Assembly (NCBI GenBank): GCA_963848485.1
Contig: CAWKDX010000001.1
Span: 235,145-299,144, forward strand
Length of the DNA: 64,000 nucleotides
Reading direction: 5' to 3'
From: an uncultured Acidimicrobiia bacterium
GTDB lineage: Bacteria > Actinomycetota > Acidimicrobiia > IMCC26256 > JAENVU01
This document shows positions 29,859 to 38,570 of this stretch, one piece after another. Made by a program: the position numbers and the translations under genes. Under the pieces are notes generated by a model, which saw only the letters and a program-made list of their open reading frames with translations, was not told where the DNA came from and searched no databases. Position 1 is the stretch's first letter, and every line of letters starts with the position of its first letter.

Positions 29859-31198
29859 CTACGAGCGTCCCCGCGGTCGTAGCCGGCGGGAGCGCCGGCT
29901 CCGGTCGATCCCGAGCACCACGAGCCCGCCCAGGCCGACTCCGGCGAGGATGATCCCCCACGCACCGAGTCCGGAGCTCGATGAATGCCTGCCCGCGGCC
30001 TCGGCGTGGGGTGGGCTCGTCGAGGTGGTCGTCGCTGCGGACGGCTGCGCCGGCCGGGTTCGGCTCCGATCGTCCGAGCGGGGATCTGCGCGGCGAGGTC
30101 GGGTGGCAACGGCACCGGACCGGCGGTCGGTTGCGCGCAGGCCGCACCGGTGGAGCTCACGACCTGGGCCGCACCGGTGAAGGTGTTGCCGGCCACCTCG
30201 AGACCGCAGACTTCCGTGGCCAGGATCGCCGGGCTCTTCGCGATCACCGGCTGGGTGTTGTGCCGCACCAACACACCGTCGAGGCGGGTGAAGCGGAGGG
30301 GGGTGCTCCCCGCCTGCGTGTCGCTCGTGTTGTCGACCACGTAGAAGCCCGACCGCCGCGTCCCCACCGGCGCTTCTACGTCGACGGCGAGATCGCGTCC
30401 GCTCAGCGTGTTGCGGGCGATCACCACGCCGTTGACCGGTCCGTTGCCGTGGGCGGCGACGAACCGGAGAACTCCGGGACCGATGTCGTTGTCGATGATG
30501 TGGACGTTCTCGGCGCCGTAGGTGGGCGCGCCGGGCTCGAGGTCGACGGTCGCCCGGCGGGTGTTGGTGATGACGTTGTGTTCGATGAGAACGTTCCGGG
30601 CCGCGGCGACGGCGATGCCCTGCCGCCCGTTCCTCGCGAGGTACGAGTCGTGGACCCAGACTCCATCGCACCATGCCTTGTCGCGGCTCCACATGATGGT
30701 GACGAGGTCACCGAAGACATCGGTGATGTGGACGCGGTCAAGCTCGATGTCACGCGCGCCCTGGATGAGGATTCCGGACTGGAACGCCTTGTCGAACCGC
30801 CACGCGTCCCCAGCGAGGCCACCATCGGGATGGGCGCCTTTGATGACGAGGTTGCGGATCACGATGTCGGAGCCCTTGTCGATCCAGAGATGGCTCCGGT
30901 CGCGCGCACCCTCGGTCCCCGCGAAGATCCGTCGCCCCCTGCCCGTCGAGGACGATGTCGTGGCGGTCGGCGAGCTGGAGGGTGCCGTCAACCCGGTAGT
31001 TCGCGCCCGGGACGGAGCTGGATGATCATTCCGTTGGGCACGCTCGCGAAGAACAGGTTCAGTGCACCGGTCACGTCGGTGGCACCGCTCGCGTCGATCG
31101 TCGCAGGCGCGAGCACCGCGTCGCGCAGCGCGGCTTGCAGTCGGTGGCGCGGGAGCGGTGGCCATCACGAGCGCGGCGAGGGCGCAGCGCAGGATCAC
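29859..31198 (-). CDS. Secreted right-handed beta-helix repeat protein with C-terminal membrane anchor, paralog 2 (frame-interrupted)
   Basis: GTG 31198. Signal-like MILRCALAALVMATAPAP. IDASGATDVTGALNLFFASVPNG. Repeats WIDKGSDIVIRNLVIKGAHPDGG...ILIQGARDIELDRVHITDVFGDLVTI...VWVHDSYLARNGRQGIAVAAARNVLIEHNVITNTRRATVDLEP...VHIIDNDIG. C-terminus in ORF 29859-30692 frame: GAWGIILAGVGLGGLVVLGIDRSRRSRR. Confidence 0.6.
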
Positions 31199-32234
31199 GG
31201 GTCCAGGCTCCGATCAGCTCGACCACATCTCGGACGGGGGAATCGCCGAGAGAGTGGTGAGGGTACTGCGTCGTCTGGGCGCCACCCGCGCGCGGACGGC
31301 CGGTCACGACCCAGGCGGTCGCGGCTCCGTCCTGAGGCCTGGCGCGCCGAGGCCTCGATGTACGGCAGCACCGACGGCGCGACGCGATCCCACGTACGTC
31401 GGAGGGTTCGACGGCGGCCGGTGGGGCTCGCCGCGGATCGCCTCGTAGTCGGCCTGCATCTCGTCCCACGTGAAGCGGCGCGAGGTCGCGGCACCGCCGT
31501 GGAACTGGTGGAACGTTCCTTCGCCGAGGAGCACGATCAGCTCGGCGCCGTCGAGCGCGCACGCGCGGCGGTAGAGGTCGTGGTTGGCGAGCCCACCACC
31601 GGGCAGCTCGAAGCGCTCGTCGAGGCCGCCGAGCTCGGCCCAGACCTCGCGGGACGCGAAGAGGCTGCTGCTCTCACCCATGGCTCCGAACAGACCGCGG
31701 CCCGATGACCCGGCCGGAGTGCTGATGTCGAAGAGGCGGTAGCCGTCGTCCTCCCAGCCCGAACGCGGCCAGCAGCTCGTCCTCCACGGCCTGGTCGTAG
31801 CCGACCTCCGCGGCGCGCATGTGGGTGACAGTGCCGAGGTGGAACGCGGGCGCGGTGATGACCGCCCGCTCCGACAGGAGCCGGGCCCGCCGCGCGCCGG
31901 CGAGCAGGCCGGGTGATGCGAGCCGGGCGCCGTCGATCCAGAGCCCGAGCAGCTCGCCGCGCGCCAGGGCCAGTCCGTGGTTCGCGGCCCGCACCGGCGA
32001 CGGCGGTGCGGGCTCGAGCCGCTCGATCCGCAGGAGGCCGTCGAACTCGTCGAGCAGGGCCGGGTCCACCGGCTCGGACGAACCGTTGTCGACCACGATC
32101 ACCTCGTAGTCGTCGGCGTCGATCCCGTGCTGGCACGCGGCCGAGAGCGAGCGGAGCGTGCGCACGAGCTCGCGTCGCATGTCGTGGACGACGACCACCA
32201 CGCTGAGCAGGGGTGTGATTCCCACCGAGTCCAC
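31195..32234 (-). CDS. Family-2 (GT-A) glycosyltransferase, paralog of 561-1415 (frame-interrupted)
   Basis: GTG 32234 (or 32225), 5 bp after the upstream stop. LLSVVVVVHDMRRELVRTLRSLSAACQHGIDADDYEVIVVDNGSSEP...ANHGLALARGELLGLWIDGARLASPG, then ORF 31304-31681 frame ...LPGGGLANHDLYRRAC...LGEGTFHQFHGG. The stop TGA 31195-31197 overlaps GTG 31198 of the next gene. The 3' frame is uncertain. Confidence 0.6.
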
Positions 32235-32239
32235 GTGCG

Positions 32240-33993
32240 TCAGGTTCGGCTGGGGGGAAGCTCGCCTGCGGCGCGCTGCAGGAAGGGGTGCCGTTGCACC
32301 TCGTCGTAGGGACCGAGCGCCGCGACCGAGCCGTGCTCGAGCACCAGCAGGCGTTCGCAGGCGGCGATGGTGCTGAGCCGGTGGGCGACGATCACCATCG
32401 TCATCCGACCGCGCAGCTCGGAGATGGTCGCGTGGAGCAGGCGCTCGGAGTGGACGTCGAGCGCGGCTCGTCGGCTCGTCCAGCACCAGCAGCTCGGGCT
32501 CGCCGACGAGTGCCCGGGCGATGGCGAGCCGCTGGCGCTGACCGCCCGAGAGCCCGCCACCGCGCGCGCTCAGCGGCGCGTCGAAGCCGCCCGGGATCTG
32601 CTCGATCTCGTCGGCGATGTGGGCCCGGGTCGCCGCGGTCACGATCTGCTCGCGTGTGACATCGGGGCGGTGGAAGGCGATGTTGTCCGCCACACGTCGC
32701 GGCGAAGAGCCGTGGCTCCTGCGGCACGACGGAGACGAGGCTGGCCCAGCTCTCGGGGGCGATCTCCTCGTAGGGTCGACCGTCGACGAGCACGGTGCCG
32801 GTCGTCGGCAGGCGGAGCCGCAGCAGCACCTGCACGAGCGTCGACTTGCCGCCGCCGGACGGACCGACGACGCCGAGCAGCTCACCCCGCGCGATCTCGA
32901 GGTCGATCCCCCGCAGCGCCGGCTGATCCCCGTAGCTGTAGGACACGTCGTGCAGCAGCATCGGACCGACCTGCTCGACGTGGACGCTGCCGAACTTCTC
33001 CTCGACCGACTCGAACTCGGTGATGGTCCGGTGCAACGCGACGAGGTTCGGCTCCACCTCGTTGACCCGCTGGCTGTAGGACTGCGCCTGCTGGGCGTAG
33101 GAGAGCGCCCGCACCATGAGCACGACGACCGCGCCGATCGCGCTGAGGTTCACTCCGCCGACGATGTAGAGCCCGGCGACGGCGCCAGTGAGGAACAGCA
33201 GCGTGGCGTACCGGTAGACCGCGATCCCGGCCAGGCTGGAGAAGCGGGTGAGGTAGCCCTCGCGAGCAGTGCGCGCGCGACTCCTGGCCGAGCAGCTCGG
33301 CCTCGGCCCGCTCGACGCCGAACACCCGCATCTCGAGTGCGAGCGCCGAGGCTTCGGCCACGGACTCCGCGTACCGACGCGTTGCTCGCCGACGAATCGA
33401 GTGGCCCGCCGACGCGTCGCCTGGGTGATCGGCCGCATGATGAGGACGATCGCCAGACCGAGGCCGATGACGGCCACCGTCGCTACCGCGCTCGACGATC
33501 AAGGCGACGCCGAGCAGCGCGAACAGGTTCATGACGAAGGTCAGGCCCTTCGCCACGGACATGGTGAGTTCCATCGCCTGCATGGAGTTGTTCGAGACCG
33601 CTTCTTGCAGCGCGCCTTCGCGGCTCAGGGCCTGGGAGTTCCACGATGCTCGCGAGAACGCCTGCACCGTCGCCGTGCGGGTGGTGGACAGGACGTCGGC
33701 CGACATCTGAGCGGTCATCCGCGCCGCGAAGATCGCCAGCACCGCGGCCACGAGGCACGCGACCACGGCGGCCCACAGCAGCGAGGTCACCCCGATCGAG
33801 TGGGTGCCGAGCAGCGGCGCCGTCACGGTGACGTGGTGCTTGTGGTCGGCGATGGCGACGGCCGCGCGGACGGTCAGGACCAGCACGGCCGCCTCGAGGA
33901 GCCCACCGAGGCCCGAGAGGATCACCAGTGTGGCAGCCGCCTGCCGCGGTGCGGGAGATATTCGCCGAGAAGGTCCCAAACAGCCCTGCGCAT
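32240..33993 (-). CDS. Type I ABC exporter, fused TMD-NBD half transporter (MsbA/lipid-A-flippase-like) (frame-interrupted)
   Basis: TMD: AATLVILSGLGGLLEAAVLVLTVRAAVAI...VSNNSMQAMELTMSVAKGLTFVMNLFALLGVALIV...AVIGLGLAIVLIMRPI. NBD: Walker A GPSGGGKSTL, Q-loop VPQEPRLF, signature LSGGQRQRLAIARAL, Walker B LLVLDEPTSALD, H-loop VIVAHRLSTI. Pieces lie in ORFs 32882-34324, 32401-33477, 31674-32885 and 32240-32560. At least 5 frame changes. Confidence 0.65.
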
Positions 33994-34211
33994 GGAGGCG
34001 ATACGCTACCCCCCGCCAAGTCGGCGGCGTTGCGCGAGCACCGGTGCTGCGGGCTCCGCGGAGTGGTTTCCGACCTGCGGAGGACGGTCTGGTCGTGCGC
34101 GGTACTCTGCGCGTTCGACGGCCTGGCCCCCGAACCAGGGCCAGGAGGCCGGTGGGGTGGAGCGGTCGAGGGCGGGGCGCTCGAGGACGGGTTGCTGTGA
34201 GGGGAGACGCC

Positions 34212-35049
34212 GTGTTTTCGACCGAGCCGCGAGCGCTGCGTTCGCTCGCGCAGCAGACGCTCAAGCGGACGGCCGCGGCGGCCGACCGAGTGCGCCCGCC
34301 CGCACCCGGCGTGGTCGTGCTCATCTACCACCGGGTGGGTGGCGGCTCCGGACTCGAGCTCGACCTCCCCGTCGAACAGTTCGACGCGCAGATGGCGTGG
34401 TTGGCCGAGCTCGGCACCGTGATGACCCTGGACGATGCGCTCGTCAGTGCTCGAGGAGGAGCATCCGGTCGGTGCGAACCCGGTCGTCGTGACGTTCGAC
34501 GACGGTACGGACGACTTCGCGGACCAGGCGGTGCCCGTGCTGGAGCGATACCGCATCCCCGTGACGCTCTACGTCGCGACGCATTCGTCCATCGAGGCGA
34601 GCCCCTTCCCTACGGCGCGCCGCCCGCCTCGTGGGCCGGTCTGCGCGACGCTCTCTCCACCGGGTTGGTGAGCATTGGATCCCACACCCACACCCATTGC
34701 CTGCTCGATCGGCTGCCCGCCGAGGAGATCGCGTTCGAACTCGACGAGCCGACACGACTCATCGAGCGGGAGCTGCAGGTCACGCCCTCGCACTTCGCGT
34801 ACCCCAACGCGGTCGATCCCTCTCCATCGGCCGAGGCCGCGGTGCGCGCGAGGTTCCGATCGGCGGCGCTCGCCGGCACGCGACCGAACCGCTATGGCAC
34901 GACGGATCTCCATCGTCTCGCGCGATCGCCGGTCCAGGCTTCCGACGGGATGCGAGTGGTTCCGGGCCAAGCTCGCGGGCGGCATGGCGTTCGAGGACGA
35001 CGTCCGGCGCGTGGCGAATCGGATCCGCTACCGCGGCGAGGTTTCGTGA
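34212..35049 (+). CDS. Polysaccharide deacetylase (NodB homology domain, CE4-like) (frame-interrupted)
   Basis: GTG 34212 after GGGGAG. VVVLIYHRVG...; VVVTFDDGTDDFADQAVPVLERYRIPVTLYVAT (ORF 34435-34671 frame); IGSHTHTHCLL; FAYPNAV. Tail WFRAKLAGGMAFEDDVRRVANRIRYRGEVS* (ORF 34675-35049). About 3 frame changes. Confidence 0.65.
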
Positions 35050-35234
35050 CCGCGATCCCTCGGCGAGCAGTTGCGCTCCAGGTGGCCCGGTATCCGGAGG
35101 GCTGGCGGCCTGTGAGTGGCGCACCGGTAGCACTCCGCCCGGCTGTCCGCGAAGACGTGGCCCAGCTCGCCGAGTTGCGCGCGTCCCGCATCCCCGATGG
35201 CTTCCTCCCGGAGCTGAGTCCCGCCTTGGTGTAG
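35045..35234 (+). pseudogene. Possible truncated N-terminal fragment of an acetyltransferase-like gene (62 codons)
   Basis: GTG 35045 overlaps the deacetylase stop (GTGA). ...VALRPAVREDVAQLAELRASRIPDGFLPEL resembles a GNAT N-terminus. It stops at 35234, 25 bp from the end of a convergent membrane-protein gene. Confidence 0.2.
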
Positions 35235-35258
35235 GCAGCCGCGCGGGTTCGCTCGACC

Positions 35259-36304
35259 TCAGAGTCGCTTCGGTCGGGAGCGGGAGACGAGTGCGGCGAC
35301 CCCAGCACCGCGAGCACCGCGGCCGGTGCTGCGAGCACCGCGGCGCGGGCGGCGAGGACCTCGAACCCGGCGATGCGCCCGAAGTAGAGCGCGAGGACGA
35401 CCTGTGCGCCGATGAGCACGGCGGGTGGTGCCGTGTCGGGGAGGGACGCGACCCGAAGGTGGCCAGGGACGCACCGTCGCGCCAGCGCGCGGCCCACCGG
35501 CTCCGCGACCAGCAGCCCGAGGCACGCGGCAGCCCCCACCGTCGAACCGGATCGCCCGACGCCTTCGATCACCGCGATCCAGAGGAACAGTCCGCACGCG
35601 GCGTAGGACCCACCGCGGCCCAGCCGAGCCAGCGTGAAGGGCCACGCCAGGAGCGTCACCGGCAGTGCCACGCCGAGCGCTACGAGCACGAGCTCCGTGT
35701 CGGGGACGGTCGCGTACATCCCGCCGAGCGCGACCGCGAAGAGCACCGGCCCGGTGCCCGACGCGGCGGCCCGTTCGTCGAGGTCCGACGTGGTGGTGCC
35801 GGCGAGCGCGGGACCAAGGACGAGCAACGCGACCGTCCAGGCGGGAAAGCCGCTCGCGCCGTCGGCGAGGAGCACGCCACCCGGCAGGGCCAGGAGCGCG
35901 CCGACGAGCGGGCCGCGCCCGACGTGTGCGCTGAGGCACCCGGCACACCAGAGTGCCGCGAGCCCCACGACCACCACGCCCGGGACGTGAACCTCTTGGG
36001 TGAACGGTCCGAGACCGCCCATGACCGCAGTGGTCGCGATGACGAACGCCAGTCCGACGCCCCCGGGAACACGACTGTTCCCATCTCCGGCTCCCGGCCG
36101 GATGGCGCGGTACCGGCTGCGAACGCCGAGGACGACCAACACGAGGAGGGCGACGACGAGGCCGGCGGTCAGTCCCGCTCCGAACTGACGCGACTCGAAG
36201 AGGACTTTGAACGTGTTCAGGTTCGGTAGGTCCACCGGTGCCCCTCGGAACGGGAGTCGCAGCGTTGTTGCCGGTCGCTCGACCGCGGTCTTTCGGTGCG
36301 ACAC
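35259..36304 (-). CDS. Polytopic integral membrane protein, family not recognised (at least 8 hydrophobic segments)
   Basis: Within ORF 34892-36304. GAGLTAGLVVALLVLVVLGV, VGLAFVIATTAVMGGLG, VVVVGLAALWCAGCL, WTVALLVLGPALAG, VLFAVALGGMYATV, LVLVALGVALPVTLLAWPF, ACGLFLWIAVIEGV, VLIGAQVVLALYFGRIAG. The likely true end is the stop at 35259 (...LAVLGVAALVSRSRPKRL*) after one frame change. The start is uncertain. Confidence 0.45.
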
Positions 36305-36383
36305 CCCGAATTCACAAATGCGTCCATATTCACGAATAAGTCGTTCGACTTACTTGCGGCCACGGACAGTGGGCGTCACACTG
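36305..36383. promoter_or_regulatory. Lower-GC divergent promoter region with a direct repeat ATTCACNAAT
   Basis: gaATTCACAAATgcgtccatATTCACGAATaagtcgttcgacttacttgc is visibly AT-richer than its surroundings. It lies between the divergent membrane-protein and wbpM-like genes. Confidence 0.3.
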
Positions 36384-38372
36384 ATGGCTCGACTCGCACA
36401 CTGCCACGGGAGGCGGCGGGCGGGTTTGCATCTGGTTGGCTGGGGGGCGGACGTGGCGCAGACATCAGACACGGTGGGTACTCGGCGGGCCGGGCCGGTG
36501 CTCTCCATCGTGCTGGCTCAGGGCGCTCGCACGCGCCAAGGGCTGCGGATCGCGGGCGACTGCGCCCTGTGGACGGTCGCTCTCTTCGCTGCCGTCCTCC
36601 TCCGGTTCGATTTCGACGCCGCCCGTGTCTCCGCCTTGGAGGTGGCGTGGCTCATCCCCGCCGCCTGGATCGCTCAGGTCGGGTTCGGCTACCTCTTCGG
36701 TCTCTACCGGCGCAAGTGGACACTGGGCTCTTTCGAGGAGGTTCCGGCGCTCGCGGCGTGTGTCGGCCTCACGACGGCCGCGCTGATCGGGTTCGACCTC
36801 AACAAGCCGGGGGCCCACTCGGTGCCGGTGAGCAGCGTCGTCGCCGCCGGGTTGATCGCGTTCGTCGCCATGGGCGCGCTCCGGCACCTGACGCGGCGCG
36901 GCATCGACCACCGACGGCGCAGCCGCGGCGACGGGCGGGAGTCGGCGATCGTGTTCGGTGCCGGCGAAGGCGGCGAGCGGGCCGTCCGCTCGATGCTCTA
37001 CGAGTCGGGCAGCCCGTTCCACCCCGTCGCGCTCCTCGACGACGACCCCGCCAAGCGGAACCTCTCGGTGCGCGGCGTGCGGGTCCTCGGAGACCGCCGG
37101 GCGATGGCTGCGGTCGCGCAACGGACGGGGGCCAAGGTGCTGGTGGTGGCCATCCCGACCGGTGACGGGGCCATGATCCGGGAGCTGAGTGAGTCGGGCC
37201 GCTCGGCCGGCCTCGACGTCCGGGTCGTCCCGTCGGTGAGTGAGCTGTTCGAGGGCCGGGTCACCGTCACCGAGATGCGGGCGCCGACGGAGGTCGACCT
37301 GCTCGGGCGGCACACGATCGAGACCGATCTCGGCGCGGCGTCGGAGTACTTGCGGGGCCAACGGGTCGTCGTGACGGGCGCGGGTGGCTCGATCGGCTCC
37401 GAGCTGTGCCGCCAGATCATGGCCTTCGAGCCTGAGCGCCTCGTGATGATCGACCGGGACGAGTCGAACCTGCATGCCGTGCAGCTCTCGATCGAGGGCC
37501 GGGCCATGCTCGACTCGCGCGATCTGCTCCTCGTCGACATCCGCGACCGGGTCCGCCTGCACCGGGCCATGCAGGAGGTCCGCCCTGACGTGGTCTTCCA
37601 CGCCGCGGCGCTGAAACACCTGCCGCTGCTTCAGTCTCATCCGGTCGAGGCCCTCAAGACGAACGTCTGGGGCACCGCCTCGGTGCTGCGGGCGGCTGCT
37701 TCGGCCGGCGTGTCGCGCTTCGTCAACATCTCCACCGACAAGGCGGCGGACTCCTGCAGCGCTCTGGGCTACTCCAAGCGGATTGCCGAAGGATTGACCG
37801 CGCACTTCGGTCGCGAGGAGCCGGGGAAGTATCTGAGCGTCCGGTTCGGCAACGTGCTCGGGAGCCGCGGCTCCGTGCTCACGGCCTTCCGGAGCCAGCT
37901 CGACGCCGGTCAGCCCCTCACGGTCACGGATCCGGACGTGACTCGGTACTTCATGACCGTCGAGGAGGCGGTCCAGCTCGTCGTCCAGGCCGGCGCAATC
38001 GGTCACGACGGTGAGGTGCTCGTCCTCGACATGGGCGATCCCGTGCGGATCGCCGACGTCGCGCGTCAGCTTGCCGCGAGCCGCACGCCGGAGGTCCCGA
38101 TCATCTTCACCGGACTCCGTCCGGGAGAGAAGTTGCACGAGGACCTGTTCTGTGTGGCTGAGACGGCACTGCCGACCGAGCACCCGCTGATCCGCCTCGT
38201 CGATGTCCCTCCGCTCGACCCGTCCTACGTCGAGAACCTCGAGACGTGCGGATCAAGCGAAGAGATGCTCGAGACGTTGCGCGGCCTCGCGCGCCTGATC
38301 GACTCCCGGATCGAGGGATTCATCGACCTCACCGCCGGCGACCCGGTCCCGAACGATCGGGTCGTGCTCTGA
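36384..38372 (+). CDS. Membrane-anchored polysaccharide biosynthesis protein, WbpM/CapD/PglF-type NDP-HexNAc 4,6-dehydratase
   Basis: Intact frame (ORF 36207-38372). N-terminal TM helices (ALWTVALFAAVLL, LIPAAWIAQVGFGYLFGLY, ...). GAGEGG Rossmann linker, then the SDR domain VVVTGAGGSIGSELCRQI...VVFHAAALKHLPL...NISTDKAADSCSALGYSKRIAE...RFGNVLGSRGSV...RYFMTVEEAVQLV. The start ATG 36384 is one of several options. Confidence 0.85.
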   Translation: MARLAHCHGRRRAGLHLVGWGADVAQTSDTVGTRRAGPVLSIVLAQGARTRQGLRIAGDCALWTVALFAAVLLRFDFDAARVSALEVAWLIPAAWIAQVGFGYLFGLYRRKWTLGSFEEVPALAACVGLTTAALIGFDLNKPGAHSVPVSSVVAAGLIAFVAMGALRHLTRRGIDHRRRSRGDGRESAIVFGAGEGGERAVRSMLYESGSPFHPVALLDDDPAKRNLSVRGVRVLGDRRAMAAVAQRTGAKVLVVAIPTGDGAMIRELSESGRSAGLDVRVVPSVSELFEGRVTVTEMRAPTEVDLLGRHTIETDLGAASEYLRGQRVVVTGAGGSIGSELCRQIMAFEPERLVMIDRDESNLHAVQLSIEGRAMLDSRDLLLVDIRDRVRLHRAMQEVRPDVVFHAAALKHLPLLQSHPVEALKTNVWGTASVLRAAASAGVSRFVNISTDKAADSCSALGYSKRIAEGLTAHFGREEPGKYLSVRFGNVLGSRGSVLTAFRSQLDAGQPLTVTDPDVTRYFMTVEEAVQLVVQAGAIGHDGEVLVLDMGDPVRIADVARQLAASRTPEVPIIFTGLRPGEKLHEDLFCVAETALPTEHPLIRLVDVPPLDPSYVENLETCGSSEEMLETLRGLARLIDSRIEGFIDLTAGDPVPNDRVVL

Positions 38373-38396
38373 CCGAGAGCTCCGAACGACCGGGTC

Positions 38397-38570
38397 TCAG
38401 GGCTCGGCCGGACCGAGGTCGCCCTCCGCGGCGATCACCCAGGTCCGCAACGCGTACGGGCTGACGCCGCATTTGGCCGCGACACCCTTGATCGTCATCC
38501 ACTGGGTGTAGCGATCGCGTTGGAGGGCGCGCACGAGGCCGACCGCATACTCCTTCGCGTCAGGCGCGAC
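38397..38570 (-). mobile_element. IS3-family transposase OrfA N-terminal (HTH) remnant, in frame with the upstream methyltransferase ORF
   Basis: APDAKEYAVGLVRALQRDRYTQWMTIKGVAAKCGVSPYALRTWVIAAEGDLGPAEP* aligns without gaps, by eye, to the IS3/IS6110-type OrfA pattern PPELRERAVRMV....SEWAAI.EVA..LGV..ETVRKWVRQAQVDAG. It is truncated after about 55 aa. No orfB and no inverted repeats identified. Confidence 0.4.

Noticed and set aside
25975-30147. 1390-aa minus-strand ORF, the longest in the track
   Set aside because: It is a high-GC open frame that strings unrelated things together. These are the out-of-frame N-terminus of the GT4 at 25263-26463, parts of the beta-helix gene at 26487-27624, and about 2 kb of Arg/Pro/Gly-rich antisense of the well-supported plus-strand GT4-sulfotransferase gene. 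It is not a single gene.
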